A DNA stretch of 64,000 nucleotides from Nitrospirota bacterium (GTDB lineage Bacteria > Nitrospirota > UBA9217): contig CAVVOB010000028.1 of NCBI GenBank assembly GCA_963749655.1, positions 277,069-341,068 on the forward strand, given 5' to 3'. The position numbers were made by a program, and so were the translations under genes. Of the stretch, positions 45,900 to 55,993 are shown one piece after another (the first letter of the stretch is position 1; each line of letters begins with the position of its first letter). The notes under the pieces are model-generated. The model saw nothing but the letters and a program-made list of their open reading frames with translations, was not told where the DNA came from and made no database searches.

Positions 45900-45992
45900 C
45901 TATTAGAATTGCGGATTTCGGATTGCGGATTTAAAGAATAAAGGCAGCAGCACGGTTTTTAATCCGCAATTTACAATCCGAAATTAAATAGC

Positions 45993-46105
45993 GCTCATGA
46001 GCCCGGGTCCTGCGCAACCACGGTCCCGTGAACCCCGTCAGGTCCGGAAGGAAGCAGCGGTAAGCGGGTTCCAGGTGTGCCGCGGGGGTGCCCGGGTTTA
46101 TGAGC
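45993..46105 (+). ncRNA. ffs: Signal recognition particle 4.5S RNA
   Basis: Helix-8 motif GTCAGGTCCGGAAGGAAGCAGC inside a long hairpin; upstream of dnaX. Confidence 0.93.
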
Positions 46106-46227
46106 CTTTTGTTTTTTGCGTAAAGATCCCCACAAAATTTCAAAGAACTGTTTTTTCATCCGTTTTTCTCTGTGTACATCCGTGGTTTATTCAGCATTGA
46201 TCTTATGAGAATTAACGTGAGGGTGCA

Positions 46228-47856
46228 ATGAGCTACCAGGTGCTTGCCAGAAAGTGGAGGCCCCAGGTTTTTGAAGACGTCGTCGGCCAGGGACACATCA
46301 CGCGGACGCTTCAAAATGCGATCGTCTCCGGAAGGCTGGCGCATGCCTTCCTGTTCTCCGGTCCGCGCGGAGTCGGCAAGACGACAACGGCCCGCATCCT
46401 CGCGAAAGCACTGAACTGCGCGCAAGGGCCGACGCCGTCGCCCTGCGGCAAGTGCGACTCCTGCCTTGAAACGACGGCTGGAACGTCGGTGGACGTCATA
46501 GAGATCGACGGTGCGTCAAACCGCGGCATCGAGCATATCCGTGAGCTGCGCGAGGCCGTTAAATACGCGCCCGTGGGCGGCAAGAACAAGGTCTATGTCA
46601 TAGACGAAGTCCACATGCTCACCAACGAGGCGTTCAATGCCCTCTTGAAGACCCTTGAGGAACCGCCGCCGCACGTTATCTTTATCTTTGCCACCACGGA
46701 GCCGCAGAAGATCCCCGCCACCATTCACTCCCGCTGTCAGCGCTACGGCTTCAAGCGCATTCCTTTGCAGGACATCATCAACCGGCTTCGCATGATTGCC
46801 GACTCGGAAGGCATTACCATATCCGACAGCGGGTTGGCCCTGATCGCACGCGCAGCCGAAGGCAGCATGAGGGACTCTCAAAGCCTTCTGGATCAGGCCG
46901 TTTCGTACAGCGGCATGCAGATCAAGGATGACGAACTTCAGGCGACCCTCGGCTCCGTTGCTCAGGAGCGGCTTCTGCAGTTTTCCTCAAGCCTCCTTTC
47001 CCGGGACGCAGCCGGCCTGTTGAAACGGGTTGATGCTCTGCTGGAGCAGGGCCAGGACATGCGCCAGTTCCTGGCCGGAGTGATCGAGCATCTGCGGAAC
47101 CTCATGATCATGAAAGTGGCCGCCGCGACGGCCGGCTCGACCATCGAGCTCCCTGCCGCAGACATCGAGGCGATCAAACTGCAGGCAGCCGGAGCGGACA
47201 TGGAGCATCTGCTGATGCTGTTCGACAGCCTGTCCAGAACGCTCGATGAAATGCGCTGGTCTCCGCACCAGCGATTCACTTTTGAGATCGGCGTAATCAA
47301 AGCAAGCAACATTGTTCCGCTCCAGCCCCTTGCGGACCTGCTCGATCGGATAAAGGAACTCGAAGGGCGGATTGCCCCTGCTGGATCGGCACCGGTCGCT
47401 CCTCATGCGCCCCATGGCGTGGCGGAGCGGTCCGCATCATATGCCCGGCCTGCGAAGCCGGCAACACTCGCCCCCGCCGGAGGAGGGCAGGGCGACCTTT
47501 GGCAGCGGATTTTGACACAGGTGAAGGCAAAAAAGCCGGGTCTTGCGTCGTTTCTTGAAGAAAGCCGGATCCTCGAGGTAACCGAAGCAGCATTGGTGGT
47601 CGGCGTTAAGGGCGGTTTCCAGGCGGACCGGATTAAAAATCCCGAAAACACCGCCGTCATCGAGCAAACCGCCGGAGAGGTATTGGGAAAAAAGATCGCC
47701 CTGCAGGTGCAGATCCTGAAGGAAGAGCAGAAGCCGGAGGCGAAAGCAAAAGCCCCGAAGAAAAACAAACCCGCAGCCGAGGACCCGGCCGTGCAGGACG
47801 TCCTCCGGGTGTTCACCCAGGGCGAAGTCATCGAACGCGACGAGTCAACAGAGTAG
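46228..47856 (+). CDS. dnaX: DNA polymerase III subunit gamma/tau
   Basis: YQVLARKWRP, GPRGVGKT, IDEVHML, SRC. Confidence 0.97.
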   Translation: MSYQVLARKWRPQVFEDVVGQGHITRTLQNAIVSGRLAHAFLFSGPRGVGKTTTARILAKALNCAQGPTPSPCGKCDSCLETTAGTSVDVIEIDGASNRGIEHIRELREAVKYAPVGGKNKVYVIDEVHMLTNEAFNALLKTLEEPPPHVIFIFATTEPQKIPATIHSRCQRYGFKRIPLQDIINRLRMIADSEGITISDSGLALIARAAEGSMRDSQSLLDQAVSYSGMQIKDDELQATLGSVAQERLLQFSSSLLSRDAAGLLKRVDALLEQGQDMRQFLAGVIEHLRNLMIMKVAAATAGSTIELPAADIEAIKLQAAGADMEHLLMLFDSLSRTLDEMRWSPHQRFTFEIGVIKASNIVPLQPLADLLDRIKELEGRIAPAGSAPVAPHAPHGVAERSASYARPAKPATLAPAGGGQGDLWQRILTQVKAKKPGLASFLEESRILEVTEAALVVGVKGGFQADRIKNPENTAVIEQTAGEVLGKKIALQVQILKEEQKPEAKAKAPKKNKPAAEDPAVQDVLRVFTQGEVIERDESTE

Positions 47857-47987
47857 GCGCCCCGGCTTTCATTTATTTTTTTTATACTGCCATAAATACC
47901 GCATTTTTACTTGCAAAACCCCAAAAAATCTTTTATTATACACTCCCTTTTCCCCTTAACTAACAGTTTCGTTAATCAGGATCTCCT

Positions 47988-48308
47988 ATGTCAAAAAACA
48001 TGCTCAGCAATATCATGAAACAGGCGCAGCAGATGCAGGAGCGGGTCAAGAAGCTCCAGGAAGAAGCTGCGAGCAAAACCGTTGAGGCTTCCTCCGGCGG
48101 CGGAATGGTGACGGTAGTCGCCAACGGCCGGCAGGAGGTTTTGTCCATCAAGATAGATCCCTCGGTTGTCGATCCCAAAGACCTGGAAATGCTTCAGGAC
48201 CTCATCACTGCCGCGGTGAACGAGGCGCTCAGAAAATCGCAGGATCTGATGAAGGAAGAAATGGGCAAGCTCACGGCCGGGATGGGGCTGCCGCCGGGGC
48301 TGTTCTAA
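47988..48308 (+). CDS. ybaB: YbaB/EbfC nucleoid-associated protein
   Basis: MKQAQQMQ, SGGGMV, LQDLITAAVNEA. Confidence 0.95.
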   Translation: MSKNMLSNIMKQAQQMQERVKKLQEEAASKTVEASSGGGMVTVVANGRQEVLSIKIDPSVVDPKDLEMLQDLITAAVNEALRKSQDLMKEEMGKLTAGMGLPPGLF

Positions 48309-48378
48309 TTGCGGATTTTGGATTGTCACTTTCGGATTTTATTGATCCGCAATCAGCAATTCGCAATTCGAAATTGAT

Positions 48379-49077
48379 ATGATCCAGGGTGAACAAGAAA
48401 GACCGCCGGCTAAAGAAGAACCCGCAACTCGCGTTGCCCCAGCCTCGAAAGGGCGGGCCAAAGCAGGGGCCCAGGTCTCCGAAGTTTCCGGCAAGGCCTT
48501 GGGCAGGATGGTCGAGGCCTTCATGCGGCTTCCCGGCATCGGCAGGAAAAGCGCTGAGCGGCTTGCCTTCGCCGTTCTGGGCATGCCGAGGGAAGAAGCA
48601 GCGGGTCTTGCGCAGGCCATCCTGGACCTCAAGAACAACAGCAGGTACTGCACGGCCTGCAACAACATCACCGAGGACGAGCTCTGCGGCATCTGTCGCG
48701 ATCAGCGGCGGGACGGGACCCGGATTTGCGTCGTTGAAGAGCCGAGCAACATTCTCATTCTCGAAAAGAGCGGCATCTTCCGCGGCCGTTACCATGCACT
48801 GCTGGGCGCGATCTCGCCCCTGGACGGCATCGGTCCCGAAGACCTCAAGATCGACGGCCTCATGGACCGGCTCAAAGCGGGCGGCATCACGGAAGTCATC
48901 ATCGCAACGAACCCGACGGTCAAGGGCGAGACCACGGCGTTGTATCTGTCGAAGCTGATCAAGCCCCTGGGCATAAGCGTGAGCCGCATTGCCTACGGTC
49001 TTCCGGTCGGTGGCGATATCGAGTACGCGGATGAGAACACGGTCCAGCGGGCGCTCGAAGGACGCAGGGAAATGTAA
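48379..49077 (+). CDS. recR: Recombination mediator RecR (start uncertain)
   Basis: LPGIG.KSA.R, C4 zinc finger, ATNPT..GE.TA, SRIA.G.PVG. Confidence 0.95.
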   Translation: MIQGEQERPPAKEEPATRVAPASKGRAKAGAQVSEVSGKALGRMVEAFMRLPGIGRKSAERLAFAVLGMPREEAAGLAQAILDLKNNSRYCTACNNITEDELCGICRDQRRDGTRICVVEEPSNILILEKSGIFRGRYHALLGAISPLDGIGPEDLKIDGLMDRLKAGGITEVIIATNPTVKGETTALYLSKLIKPLGISVSRIAYGLPVGGDIEYADENTVQRALEGRREM

Positions 49078-49160
49078 TTCAATTGCGGATTTCGGATTGC
49101 GGAATCAGGTCAAATCCGCAATTCGCAATCTACAATCCGAAATTGATTTGGGAGGTTCTT

Positions 49161-49736
49161 ATGGCAGACATGATTGAAATCAGGTGGCACGGCAGGGGCG
49201 GCCAGGGTACGGTGACCGCAGCCAAGGTGCTTGCTGACGCCTGCCTGTCCGGCGGACGCAACGTGCAGGCATTCCCCGAATACGGACCGGAGCGCGCGGG
49301 AGCGCCGCTTCGCGCCTATAACCGCATCAGCGAGAAGGTGCTGCGGATGCACTGCCCGGTGTTGAACCCCGGCGTCGTCTGTGTCGTGGACGCGACGCTG
49401 CTCGACGCTATCAACGTAGCCGAGGGCGCGAAGGACGACGCCGTGTTCATCGTCAACACGAGCCATGACCCGAAAGAGGTCCGCGAAAAGCTGAAAGCAA
49501 AGCCATCGCAGAAGGTTTTCACCGTGGATGCCACGAAGATAGCCATAGAGACCATCGGCAGGCCCATGCCGAACTCCTCCATGCTCGGCGCGGTGAACAA
49601 GGCCACGGCGATCGTGACCATGGAAGTGCTGCTCGACGATGTGAAGGGCAGCTTCGGCAAGAAGTTCGCGCAGAAGATCATTGACGGGAATCTCGCCGCG
49701 GTCAAGCGCGGATACGAGGAGGTAAAGCAGGGATGA
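49161..49736 (+). CDS. porC: Pyruvate/2-oxoacid:ferredoxin oxidoreductase gamma subunit
   Basis: IRWHGRGGQG, YGPERAGAP. Confidence 0.92.
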   Translation: MADMIEIRWHGRGGQGTVTAAKVLADACLSGGRNVQAFPEYGPERAGAPLRAYNRISEKVLRMHCPVLNPGVVCVVDATLLDAINVAEGAKDDAVFIVNTSHDPKEVREKLKAKPSQKVFTVDATKIAIETIGRPMPNSSMLGAVNKATAIVTMEVLLDDVKGSFGKKFAQKIIDGNLAAVKRGYEEVKQG

Positions 49737-50026
49737 AACAGATGAACTGGAAAGAGCTGCCGCATGCGGGCACGTGCCTGAAGGCCGGCAACGCGAATGA
49801 ATATAAGACAGGGTCCTGGCGGACCTATAAACCGCGCTGGATCGAGGAGAACTGCATCCAGTGCCTGTTTTGCTGGATCTATTGTCCGGATTCCGCCGTC
49901 AAGGTTAAGGACGAAAAGATGATCGGATTCGACTATGACCACTGCAAGGGCTGCGGCGTCTGCGCCATGGAATGCCCCGGAAAGAAGGGCAACAAAGCCA
50001 TCGTCATGGAAGAGGAGGGCAAATAA
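49733..50026 (+). CDS. porD: Pyruvate/2-oxoacid:ferredoxin oxidoreductase delta subunit
   Basis: TGSWR, CIQCLFCWIYCP, CKGCGVCAMECP. Confidence 0.92.
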   Translation: MKQMNWKELPHAGTCLKAGNANEYKTGSWRTYKPRWIEENCIQCLFCWIYCPDSAVKVKDEKMIGFDYDHCKGCGVCAMECPGKKGNKAIVMEEEGK

Positions 50027-50027
50027 C

Positions 50028-51215
50028 ATGGCAATCACGACGACCAAGACCGTTGCGGTCACCGGCAACCAGGCGGTTGCCGAAGCCTTCCGCCAGCTGA
50101 ACCCGGACGTCATGCCGGCATACCCCATCACCCCGTCCACGGGCATCATGGAATCGTTCACCAAGTTCGTGTCCGACGGCAAGGTGGACACCGAGACGAT
50201 CCTCGTGGAGAGCGAGCACAGCGCCATGAGCGCCTGCATCGGCGCATCGGCAGCCGGCGGCCGCGTCGCGACGGCAACGAGCGCCCAGGGCCTGGCCCTC
50301 ATGTGGGAAATGCTGCATATCGCCTCGGGCTACCGGCTTCCGATCCTGATGGCGCTGGTGAACCGTGCGCTTTCTGCGCCGCTGAACATCCACGGCGACC
50401 ACTCCGACGGCATGGGCATGCGCGACTGCGGCTGGATCCAGCTCTTTTGCGAGAACGGCCAGGAAGCCTATGACAATACCATCATGGCCTACCGGATCGC
50501 CGAGCACAAGGATGTGCGGCTTCCGATCGCCGTCAACATGGACGGCTTCATCATCAGCCATTCCATCGAGAGCATGCAGTACATCACCGACGAGGACGTG
50601 AAGAAGTTCATCGGCGACTACATCGCCATGGATCCGCTCCTCGATATCGACAATCCGAAGAGCATCGGTGCCCTGGTGCTGACGGATTACTACATGGAAC
50701 ACAAGCGCGTCCAGCACCAGGCGATGCTGAACGCAAAGAAGGTCATACAGGATGTTTCCGCAGAGTTTGCGAAACTGACGGGCAGGAAATACGACCTCTT
50801 CGAGACCTATCGGCTGGAAGATGCCGACGTCGCGATCGTGGCCCTCAATTCCGCTGCAGGAACCATCAAGGATGAGGTCGACCGCTATCGCGAAAAGGGC
50901 ATGAAGGTCGGGCTCCTGAAGCCCCGCGTGTTCCGTCCTTTCCCCTATGAAGAAGTGGGAGCCGCGCTCAAGAACGCAAAGGCCGTCTGCGTGATGGACC
51001 GGGCGGATTCCTACGGCGGATACGGACCGCTCTTCATGGAGATCGCTTCCGCCCTGGCCCCGTTCCGTGGTTCGGTCGTGTTCAACAAGATCTACGGCCT
51101 CGGCGGCAGGGACCTGATGCCCCATGACGTAGACCAGGTGATCGAAGAGACCGCCGAAGTCGCCAAGACCGGCAAGGTCAAGATGATGAAAGAATACATT
51201 ACCGTAAGGAATTAA
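50028..51215 (+). CDS. porA: Pyruvate/2-oxoacid:ferredoxin oxidoreductase alpha subunit
   Basis: AYPITP, ESEHSA, NRAL, GLGGRD. Confidence 0.93.
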   Translation: MAITTTKTVAVTGNQAVAEAFRQLNPDVMPAYPITPSTGIMESFTKFVSDGKVDTETILVESEHSAMSACIGASAAGGRVATATSAQGLALMWEMLHIASGYRLPILMALVNRALSAPLNIHGDHSDGMGMRDCGWIQLFCENGQEAYDNTIMAYRIAEHKDVRLPIAVNMDGFIISHSIESMQYITDEDVKKFIGDYIAMDPLLDIDNPKSIGALVLTDYYMEHKRVQHQAMLNAKKVIQDVSAEFAKLTGRKYDLFETYRLEDADVAIVALNSAAGTIKDEVDRYREKGMKVGLLKPRVFRPFPYEEVGAALKNAKAVCVMDRADSYGGYGPLFMEIASALAPFRGSVVFNKIYGLGGRDLMPHDVDQVIEETAEVAKTGKVKMMKEYITVRN

Positions 51216-51328
51216 ATACGAAACTCGAAATCCTAAATACGAAATAATATCGAATCCCCGATCATGAATTTGCAGATTGCTTCGGATTTAGATATGAGAG
51301 TTTAGGATTTCTCTCCGAAGGAGAGCAC

Positions 51329-52282
51329 ATGAGCACTACTGAGGAAAAACCCCTGACCCTGAAATCGCTGACACACAAGCCGGACCTGCTTTCCGGCGGT
51401 CACCGGATGTGCTCCGGTTGCGGCGCCCCGACCGTCGTGCGCCAGGTGATGCTGGCCATCGACGAACCGGTCGTGATCGCGAACGCCACGGGCTGCCTCG
51501 AGGTCTCGACCTGCCTGTTCCCCTACACGGCATGGCGGGTGCCGTGGATGCACAGCGCCTTTGAGAACGCCGCAGCCACCGCCTCCGGCATCGAGACCAT
51601 GTACCGGTCGCTCCGGAAACAGGGAAAGCTTAAGAAGAACATGAAGTTCATCGCCTTCGGCGGCGACGGCGGCACGTACGATATCGGGTTCCAGGCCCTG
51701 TCGGGAGCAATGGAGCGCGGTCATCAGCTGCTCTACATCTGCTATGACAACGGCGCCTATATGAACACGGGCATCCAGCGGTCAAGCGCGACTCCCCTGG
51801 GGGCCGACACCACGACGCAGCCGGTGGGGTCCAAGGTCCCGGGCAAGTCGGTGCGCCGGAAGGACCTGACCCGCATCATGGCTGCCCATAACGTGGCATA
51901 CGCCGCGCAAGCCTCGCCCCACAACTGGAAGGACCTCATGACCAAGGTGAAAAAGGCGCTGGCAACGAACGGTCCTGCCTACATGGGGGTCATGGCGCCC
52001 TGCAACCGCGGCTGGAGGACCCAGACCAACGACTCGATCCAGCTCTCCCGGCTTGCGGTCGAGACCTGCTACTGGCCACTTTATGAAGTATCGGGCGGAA
52101 AGTGGACCATCAATTTCGATCCGAAGGACAAGAAGAAGCCCGTTGCCGAGTGGCTCAAGCCCCAGGGCAGATTCAAGCATCTCTTTGCTCCGGGCAACGA
52201 GGCGCTGCTCCAGCAGTTCCAGGATCTTGTTGATCAGGACTGGGAGAGCCTCAAGAAGCTCCAGGAAATGTCAAAAAGCTAG
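51329..52282 (+). CDS. porB: Pyruvate/2-oxoacid:ferredoxin oxidoreductase beta subunit
   Basis: GH..CSGC, ATGC, GGDGG..DIG, YMNTGIQRS. Confidence 0.93.
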   Translation: MSTTEEKPLTLKSLTHKPDLLSGGHRMCSGCGAPTVVRQVMLAIDEPVVIANATGCLEVSTCLFPYTAWRVPWMHSAFENAAATASGIETMYRSLRKQGKLKKNMKFIAFGGDGGTYDIGFQALSGAMERGHQLLYICYDNGAYMNTGIQRSSATPLGADTTTQPVGSKVPGKSVRRKDLTRIMAAHNVAYAAQASPHNWKDLMTKVKKALATNGPAYMGVMAPCNRGWRTQTNDSIQLSRLAVETCYWPLYEVSGGKWTINFDPKDKKKPVAEWLKPQGRFKHLFAPGNEALLQQFQDLVDQDWESLKKLQEMSKS

Positions 52283-52311
52283 CGCGGCTTCTGCGCAGCA
52301 GGCTGTCTTTC

Positions 52312-52343
52312 ATAGCCGGGGAGCGGACTCCCCGGCTATTTTT
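52312..52343 (+). terminator. Intrinsic terminator after porB
   Basis: ATAGCCGGGGAG-CGGA-CTCCCCGGCTAT-TTTT. Confidence 0.85.
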
Positions 52344-52455
52344 CGTGGTGAGCGGAACCAAAAAAAGGCTTGAAATATAGCTATCAGTATGGTTTAATAG
52401 CTTCACTGCGTGTTATTTTGGGCGTTGTGTCACACTTTGAAGAGGAGATGCAGAC

Positions 52456-52950
52456 ATGCTGGGTTCAGATTTGGTAATGTATGAAGAGGAATTTAAGCAG
52501 ATAGACACGGAACTCCAGCGCCTTCTTCAGCAGGCGAACGCGAAAGTCGTGTTCCTGGTGGACAAGAACGGCCAGCTTATCGCGGCCACGGGTGAAACAG
52601 AGAATCTGGACACCACCTCGCTTGCATCACTGACGGCAGGAAATATCGCGGCCACGGGCGGCATGGCAAAGCTCCTCGGAGAAAAGGAGTTTTCCATTCT
52701 CTTCCACGAAGGCGCCCGGGACAACATCCACATTTCGATCATCGGACAGCGGGTGATCCTGGTGGTCATCTTCGACCAGCGGTCGTCACTCGGCCTCGTG
52801 CGGCTGCGGGTGAAAAAGAGCGCCGAGGTTCTCGGAAGCATTTTCAATCAACTCCTGCAGAAAGTGGAAACGGAAAAAGGTTCGGGCAAAGGCGCCGAGT
52901 CTCCCTTTGCCGAGATTACCGACGAAGACATTGATAAGCTCTTCGGATAG
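52456..52950 (+). CDS. mglB: Roadblock/LC7 protein MglB
   Basis: [36 protein letters not shown]. Confidence 0.93.
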   Translation: MLGSDLVMYEEEFKQIDTELQRLLQQANAKVVFLVDKNGQLIAATGETENLDTTSLASLTAGNIAATGGMAKLLGEKEFSILFHEGARDNIHISIIGQRVILVVIFDQRSSLGLVRLRVKKSAEVLGSIFNQLLQKVETEKGSGKGAESPFAEITDEDIDKLFG

Positions 52951-52997
52951 CCCCTCGAGCATTCCCTGATCACCGCAAGGAGAGGAATCACGGTCCC

Positions 52998-53591
52998 ATG
53001 TCCTTTATCAATTATTCGTCGCGAGAGATAAACTGCAAGATTGTCTTCTACGGCCCCGGCCTCTGCGGCAAGACGACGAACCTTCAGTGGATCTACAAGA
53101 AAACCAACCCCGACAGCAAGGGCAAGATGATCTCGCTGGCAACGGAGACGGAACGAACCTTGTTCTTCGACTTCCTGCCGCTTGCCCTCGGCGAGATCCG
53201 CGGCTTCAAGACCCGCTTCCATCTCTATACCGTTCCCGGACAGGTGTTTTACGATGCAAGCCGGAAGCTCATCCTCAAGGGCGTTGATGGCGTGGTGTTC
53301 GTGGCCGACTCCCAGATCGAGCGTATGGAGGCCAACATCGAAAGCGTGGAGAACCTCCGCATCAACCTGTCTGAGCAGGGATATGATCTGGACAAGATTC
53401 CCTACGTGATCCAGTATAACAAACGGGACCTGCCGAATGTGGTGCCCATGGATGAGATGCGCAGGGTCTTGAATCCCAAAAGCGTGCCGGATTTTGAAGC
53501 CTGCGCCACTGACGGCACCGGCATCTTCGATACGCTGAAGGCGATCGCAAAACTCGTGATCATGGAGCTCAAGAAGGGGCAGGAAGCGTAG
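52998..53591 (+). CDS. mglA: Small Ras-like GTPase MglA
   Basis: [36 protein letters not shown]. Confidence 0.96.
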   Translation: MSFINYSSREINCKIVFYGPGLCGKTTNLQWIYKKTNPDSKGKMISLATETERTLFFDFLPLALGEIRGFKTRFHLYTVPGQVFYDASRKLILKGVDGVVFVADSQIERMEANIESVENLRINLSEQGYDLDKIPYVIQYNKRDLPNVVPMDEMRRVLNPKSVPDFEACATDGTGIFDTLKAIAKLVIMELKKGQEA

Positions 53592-53675
53592 TTTTTTTAA
53601 ATAACCCGTTGACATATCAGGTTATATATGGTATTTATACCAGCCTGATTTATTGCAGTTCAAGTAACCGATCAT

Positions 53676-53751
53676 TCCCGAGTAGCTCAGTTGGTAGAGC
53701 AGGTGGCTGTTAACCACCGTGTCGCAGGTTCAAGTCCTGCCTCGGGAGCCA
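53676..53751 (+). tRNA. tRNA-Asn(GTT)
   Basis: TCCCGAG acceptor stem, GTT anticodon, GTTCAAGTC, CCA. Confidence 0.96.
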
Positions 53752-53793
53752 AAAAATAAAAAAGCCCTCCTAAACGGAGGGCTTTTTTATTTT
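53752..53793. terminator. Bidirectional intrinsic terminator
   Basis: AAAAAAGCCCTCC-TAAAC-GGAGGGCTTTTTT. Confidence 0.85.
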
Positions 53794-53872
53794 TCCAATC
53801 ACGACTAGGTGGAGAGCTCCTTTTCACGATCCGGATGGACAGCGTGGCCAGAGACCGCGCATTTGGCCGCCC

Positions 53873-54139
53873 CTACCTGCGTCTCGGTCCCGGCCCCGGT
53901 TCGGCCTCCATTCCCTGCCTCACTTCGGCGATGGCCGCGCTCACCAGCTCCAGTGCCTTGGCGCGGTGCTTTGATGGGGCCGCCTTTTCCAGCTGTGCCT
54001 TTGCCTTCTCCAGATGCTCAAGGGCGGACTTCATGTGGGGCTGCCGAACTTCGGCCTGAAGGCCGCCGGAATCGAATATCATTAAACCGAATACCGTTAA
54101 ACCGATAATAACCAGGACTGCGATAAACCGTTTTGACAT
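53873..54139 (-). CDS. Small exported helical protein
   Basis: AGGAGG RBS, signal peptide, QPHMKSALEHL..HRAKALELV motif. Confidence 0.72.
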   Translation of the reverse strand: MSKRFIAVLVIIGLTVFGLMIFDSGGLQAEVRQPHMKSALEHLEKAKAQLEKAAPSKHRAKALELVSAAIAEVRQGMEAEPGPGPRRR

Positions 54140-54305
54140 GTGCTCCTCCTTGCGAGTGGGTTGAAATATGCCCTTAGTATAGCATAGGGAAAAGTTACAG
54201 ATCAACAGAAGACAAACGAGCACGTTACAGACTGTCCGCGAAATCAGGATCATTGACCTTTAAACTGTAAGTCAGAGCGTCGAGGTCTTCGGTTTCCGGC
54301 CCGGG

Positions 54306-55490
54306 TCAATACAACGGGCCCGGGGAAGATGGTCGGCCGAAGGTGATCGCGCCGAACATCCCCTGCCTCGGGGTGTGAAAACCGGCGGAAAAGAAAAGTG
54401 TCGACAATGGGCCGGCGACAGCGTTGTTGCCGAACGAAAGGGCGTGGAGTCCGGGGACCACAAGAGGCGAGCCTGCGTCATCGGAGAGATAGCCGAGAAA
54501 GCGTCCGGACCCTCTATCGAACCCTGCGATCGTTCCGTTCCCGTTGTTCCCGATGAGCAGCGCGCCGCCGTATCTTCCGAATTCCGGGGGCGCTTCTGCG
54601 ATTCCCCAGGGAGCGTTCAGCCACGGGCCGTGTTCGAGCCGAAGGACGAGGTTCCCGTCGCCGTCGAAGACGTCGACGTAACCGGCGCCATCAGCCGGAG
54701 CAGCATCCCTTTTCAGGTCATCTAATTCCGCATAAGCCACGATGACGTATCCGGAAAGCGACTGAATATTGTAGGGTCCATAGCCGGGAGGAATGAGCGG
54801 ATCTGTGAATGCGCCGTCTTTCAGCGAAAGGTACGTAAAGCTGCCGTCATAGACCTCAACCCGGCCCTGTCCCAAGTTGGCAGTATAGAGAACGTTTTGG
54901 TGCTGATATCGGCCGATCGCTGCTCCGGTATAAATTGCGTCAGGCGAGTTGTCAACCAGGAGATCGGGGGAATCTCCGTAATTGCCGCTCCATCCCATGA
55001 TTGCGTCGTCGCGGGTCACAACCAGAATCCGCGCCGGAGCTCCCGGTTCAAGCTCGAAATCATTCGTGTCATTGAGCACAATGCCGGTGGGACTCGCATC
55101 GTCGTAGATGCCGCCCGGCGAGGGGGGCAGCACCAGCACGAAGGGAGAAAGAGCAGGCACGGGAATTCCCGCTCCGCTGTACTGCGTTATACGGCCGCGT
55201 CCTTCATTTGCGATCCACAAGGGACCGGAACGACTTTTTGTCATACCCCAGGGATCGACGAGGCTTGAGTCCACGGTAGTGGCAATGCCCGGTTTGTTCG
55301 AAGCCAGAATCGTCGAGATATAGGCTGCTCTCGCTCCCTCCCGCTCCTGCGCAATTGCGGGAAAAGGGGCTGCAAGACCGCCTAATCCTAATGCCAGTAT
55401 GAAGACCGCGGCTGGAAAGAAATCAGCCCGGTGTTGCAACGGGCGTTGTCCTTCCGAACGTTCAAGTCCGAACAGTATGAAACTCCGCAT
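54306..55490 (-). CDS. TIGR03118-family exported protein
   Basis: LVDPWG, PTGIV.N, F.DP..P.GY.P.NIQ, LNAPWG, LLIGN.G.G.I. Confidence 0.82.
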   Translation of the reverse strand: MRSFILFGLERSEGQRPLQHRADFFPAAVFILALGLGGLAAPFPAIAQEREGARAAYISTILASNKPGIATTVDSSLVDPWGMTKSRSGPLWIANEGRGRITQYSGAGIPVPALSPFVLVLPPSPGGIYDDASPTGIVLNDTNDFELEPGAPARILVVTRDDAIMGWSGNYGDSPDLLVDNSPDAIYTGAAIGRYQHQNVLYTANLGQGRVEVYDGSFTYLSLKDGAFTDPLIPPGYGPYNIQSLSGYVIVAYAELDDLKRDAAPADGAGYVDVFDGDGNLVLRLEHGPWLNAPWGIAEAPPEFGRYGGALLIGNNGNGTIAGFDRGSGRFLGYLSDDAGSPLVVPGLHALSFGNNAVAGPLSTLFFSAGFHTPRQGMFGAITFGRPSSPGPLY

Positions 55491-55727
55491 TGTTACCTCT
55501 TTGTTTAATCGTACCTCCGACGGAGCAGCAGAACAATAAGACCTCGGTCGTAGATTGGCCAGAACAGCCTGCTGATAACGTCACAGCACTGAAAGGGAGT
55601 TACAGATGCGGGGGGAGCTTTATACCCTAAAAATACCCTATCCAGGGGATTGACAATAAGTTGAATTTCGACAATACTTACTGGTACATACAATGAACAG
55701 TTGTCAGGTGTTTTCAGGGGGCGTCCA

Positions 55728-55913
55728 GTGCAGACATCGAGAGTGAACGGGAATACGATCCACCCGTCAGCTGAACAATTCCATGCGGTAGCGGCGGTTT
55801 ATTGCAAGCTTTTTTCCGATACGATTACTTCAGGGATCTGCGTTCTCAGAAAACAGGAGCTGAACGGCAGGGGAGGATTTTCCTGCATGGGCTGCGCCCT
55901 GGAAAAGTGCTGA
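55728..55913 (+). CDS. Small Cys-rich protein (61 aa)
   Basis: AGGGGG RBS before GTG; C-X11-C-X14-CxxC; upstream TTGACA promoter and downstream terminator. Confidence 0.55.
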   Translation: MQTSRVNGNTIHPSAEQFHAVAAVYCKLFSDTITSGICVLRKQELNGRGGFSCMGCALEKC

Positions 55914-55942
55914 CGCCCCGGGACGGGCAAAGAACAGGGCCG

Positions 55943-55979
55943 AAAAAACCGCTGAAAACGCGTTTCAGCGGTTTTTTTT
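55943..55979. terminator. Bidirectional intrinsic terminator
   Basis: AAAAAACCGCTGAAA-ACGCG-TTTCAGCGGTTTTTT. Confidence 0.85.
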
Positions 55980-55993
55980 GTGCCTTTATTGGA

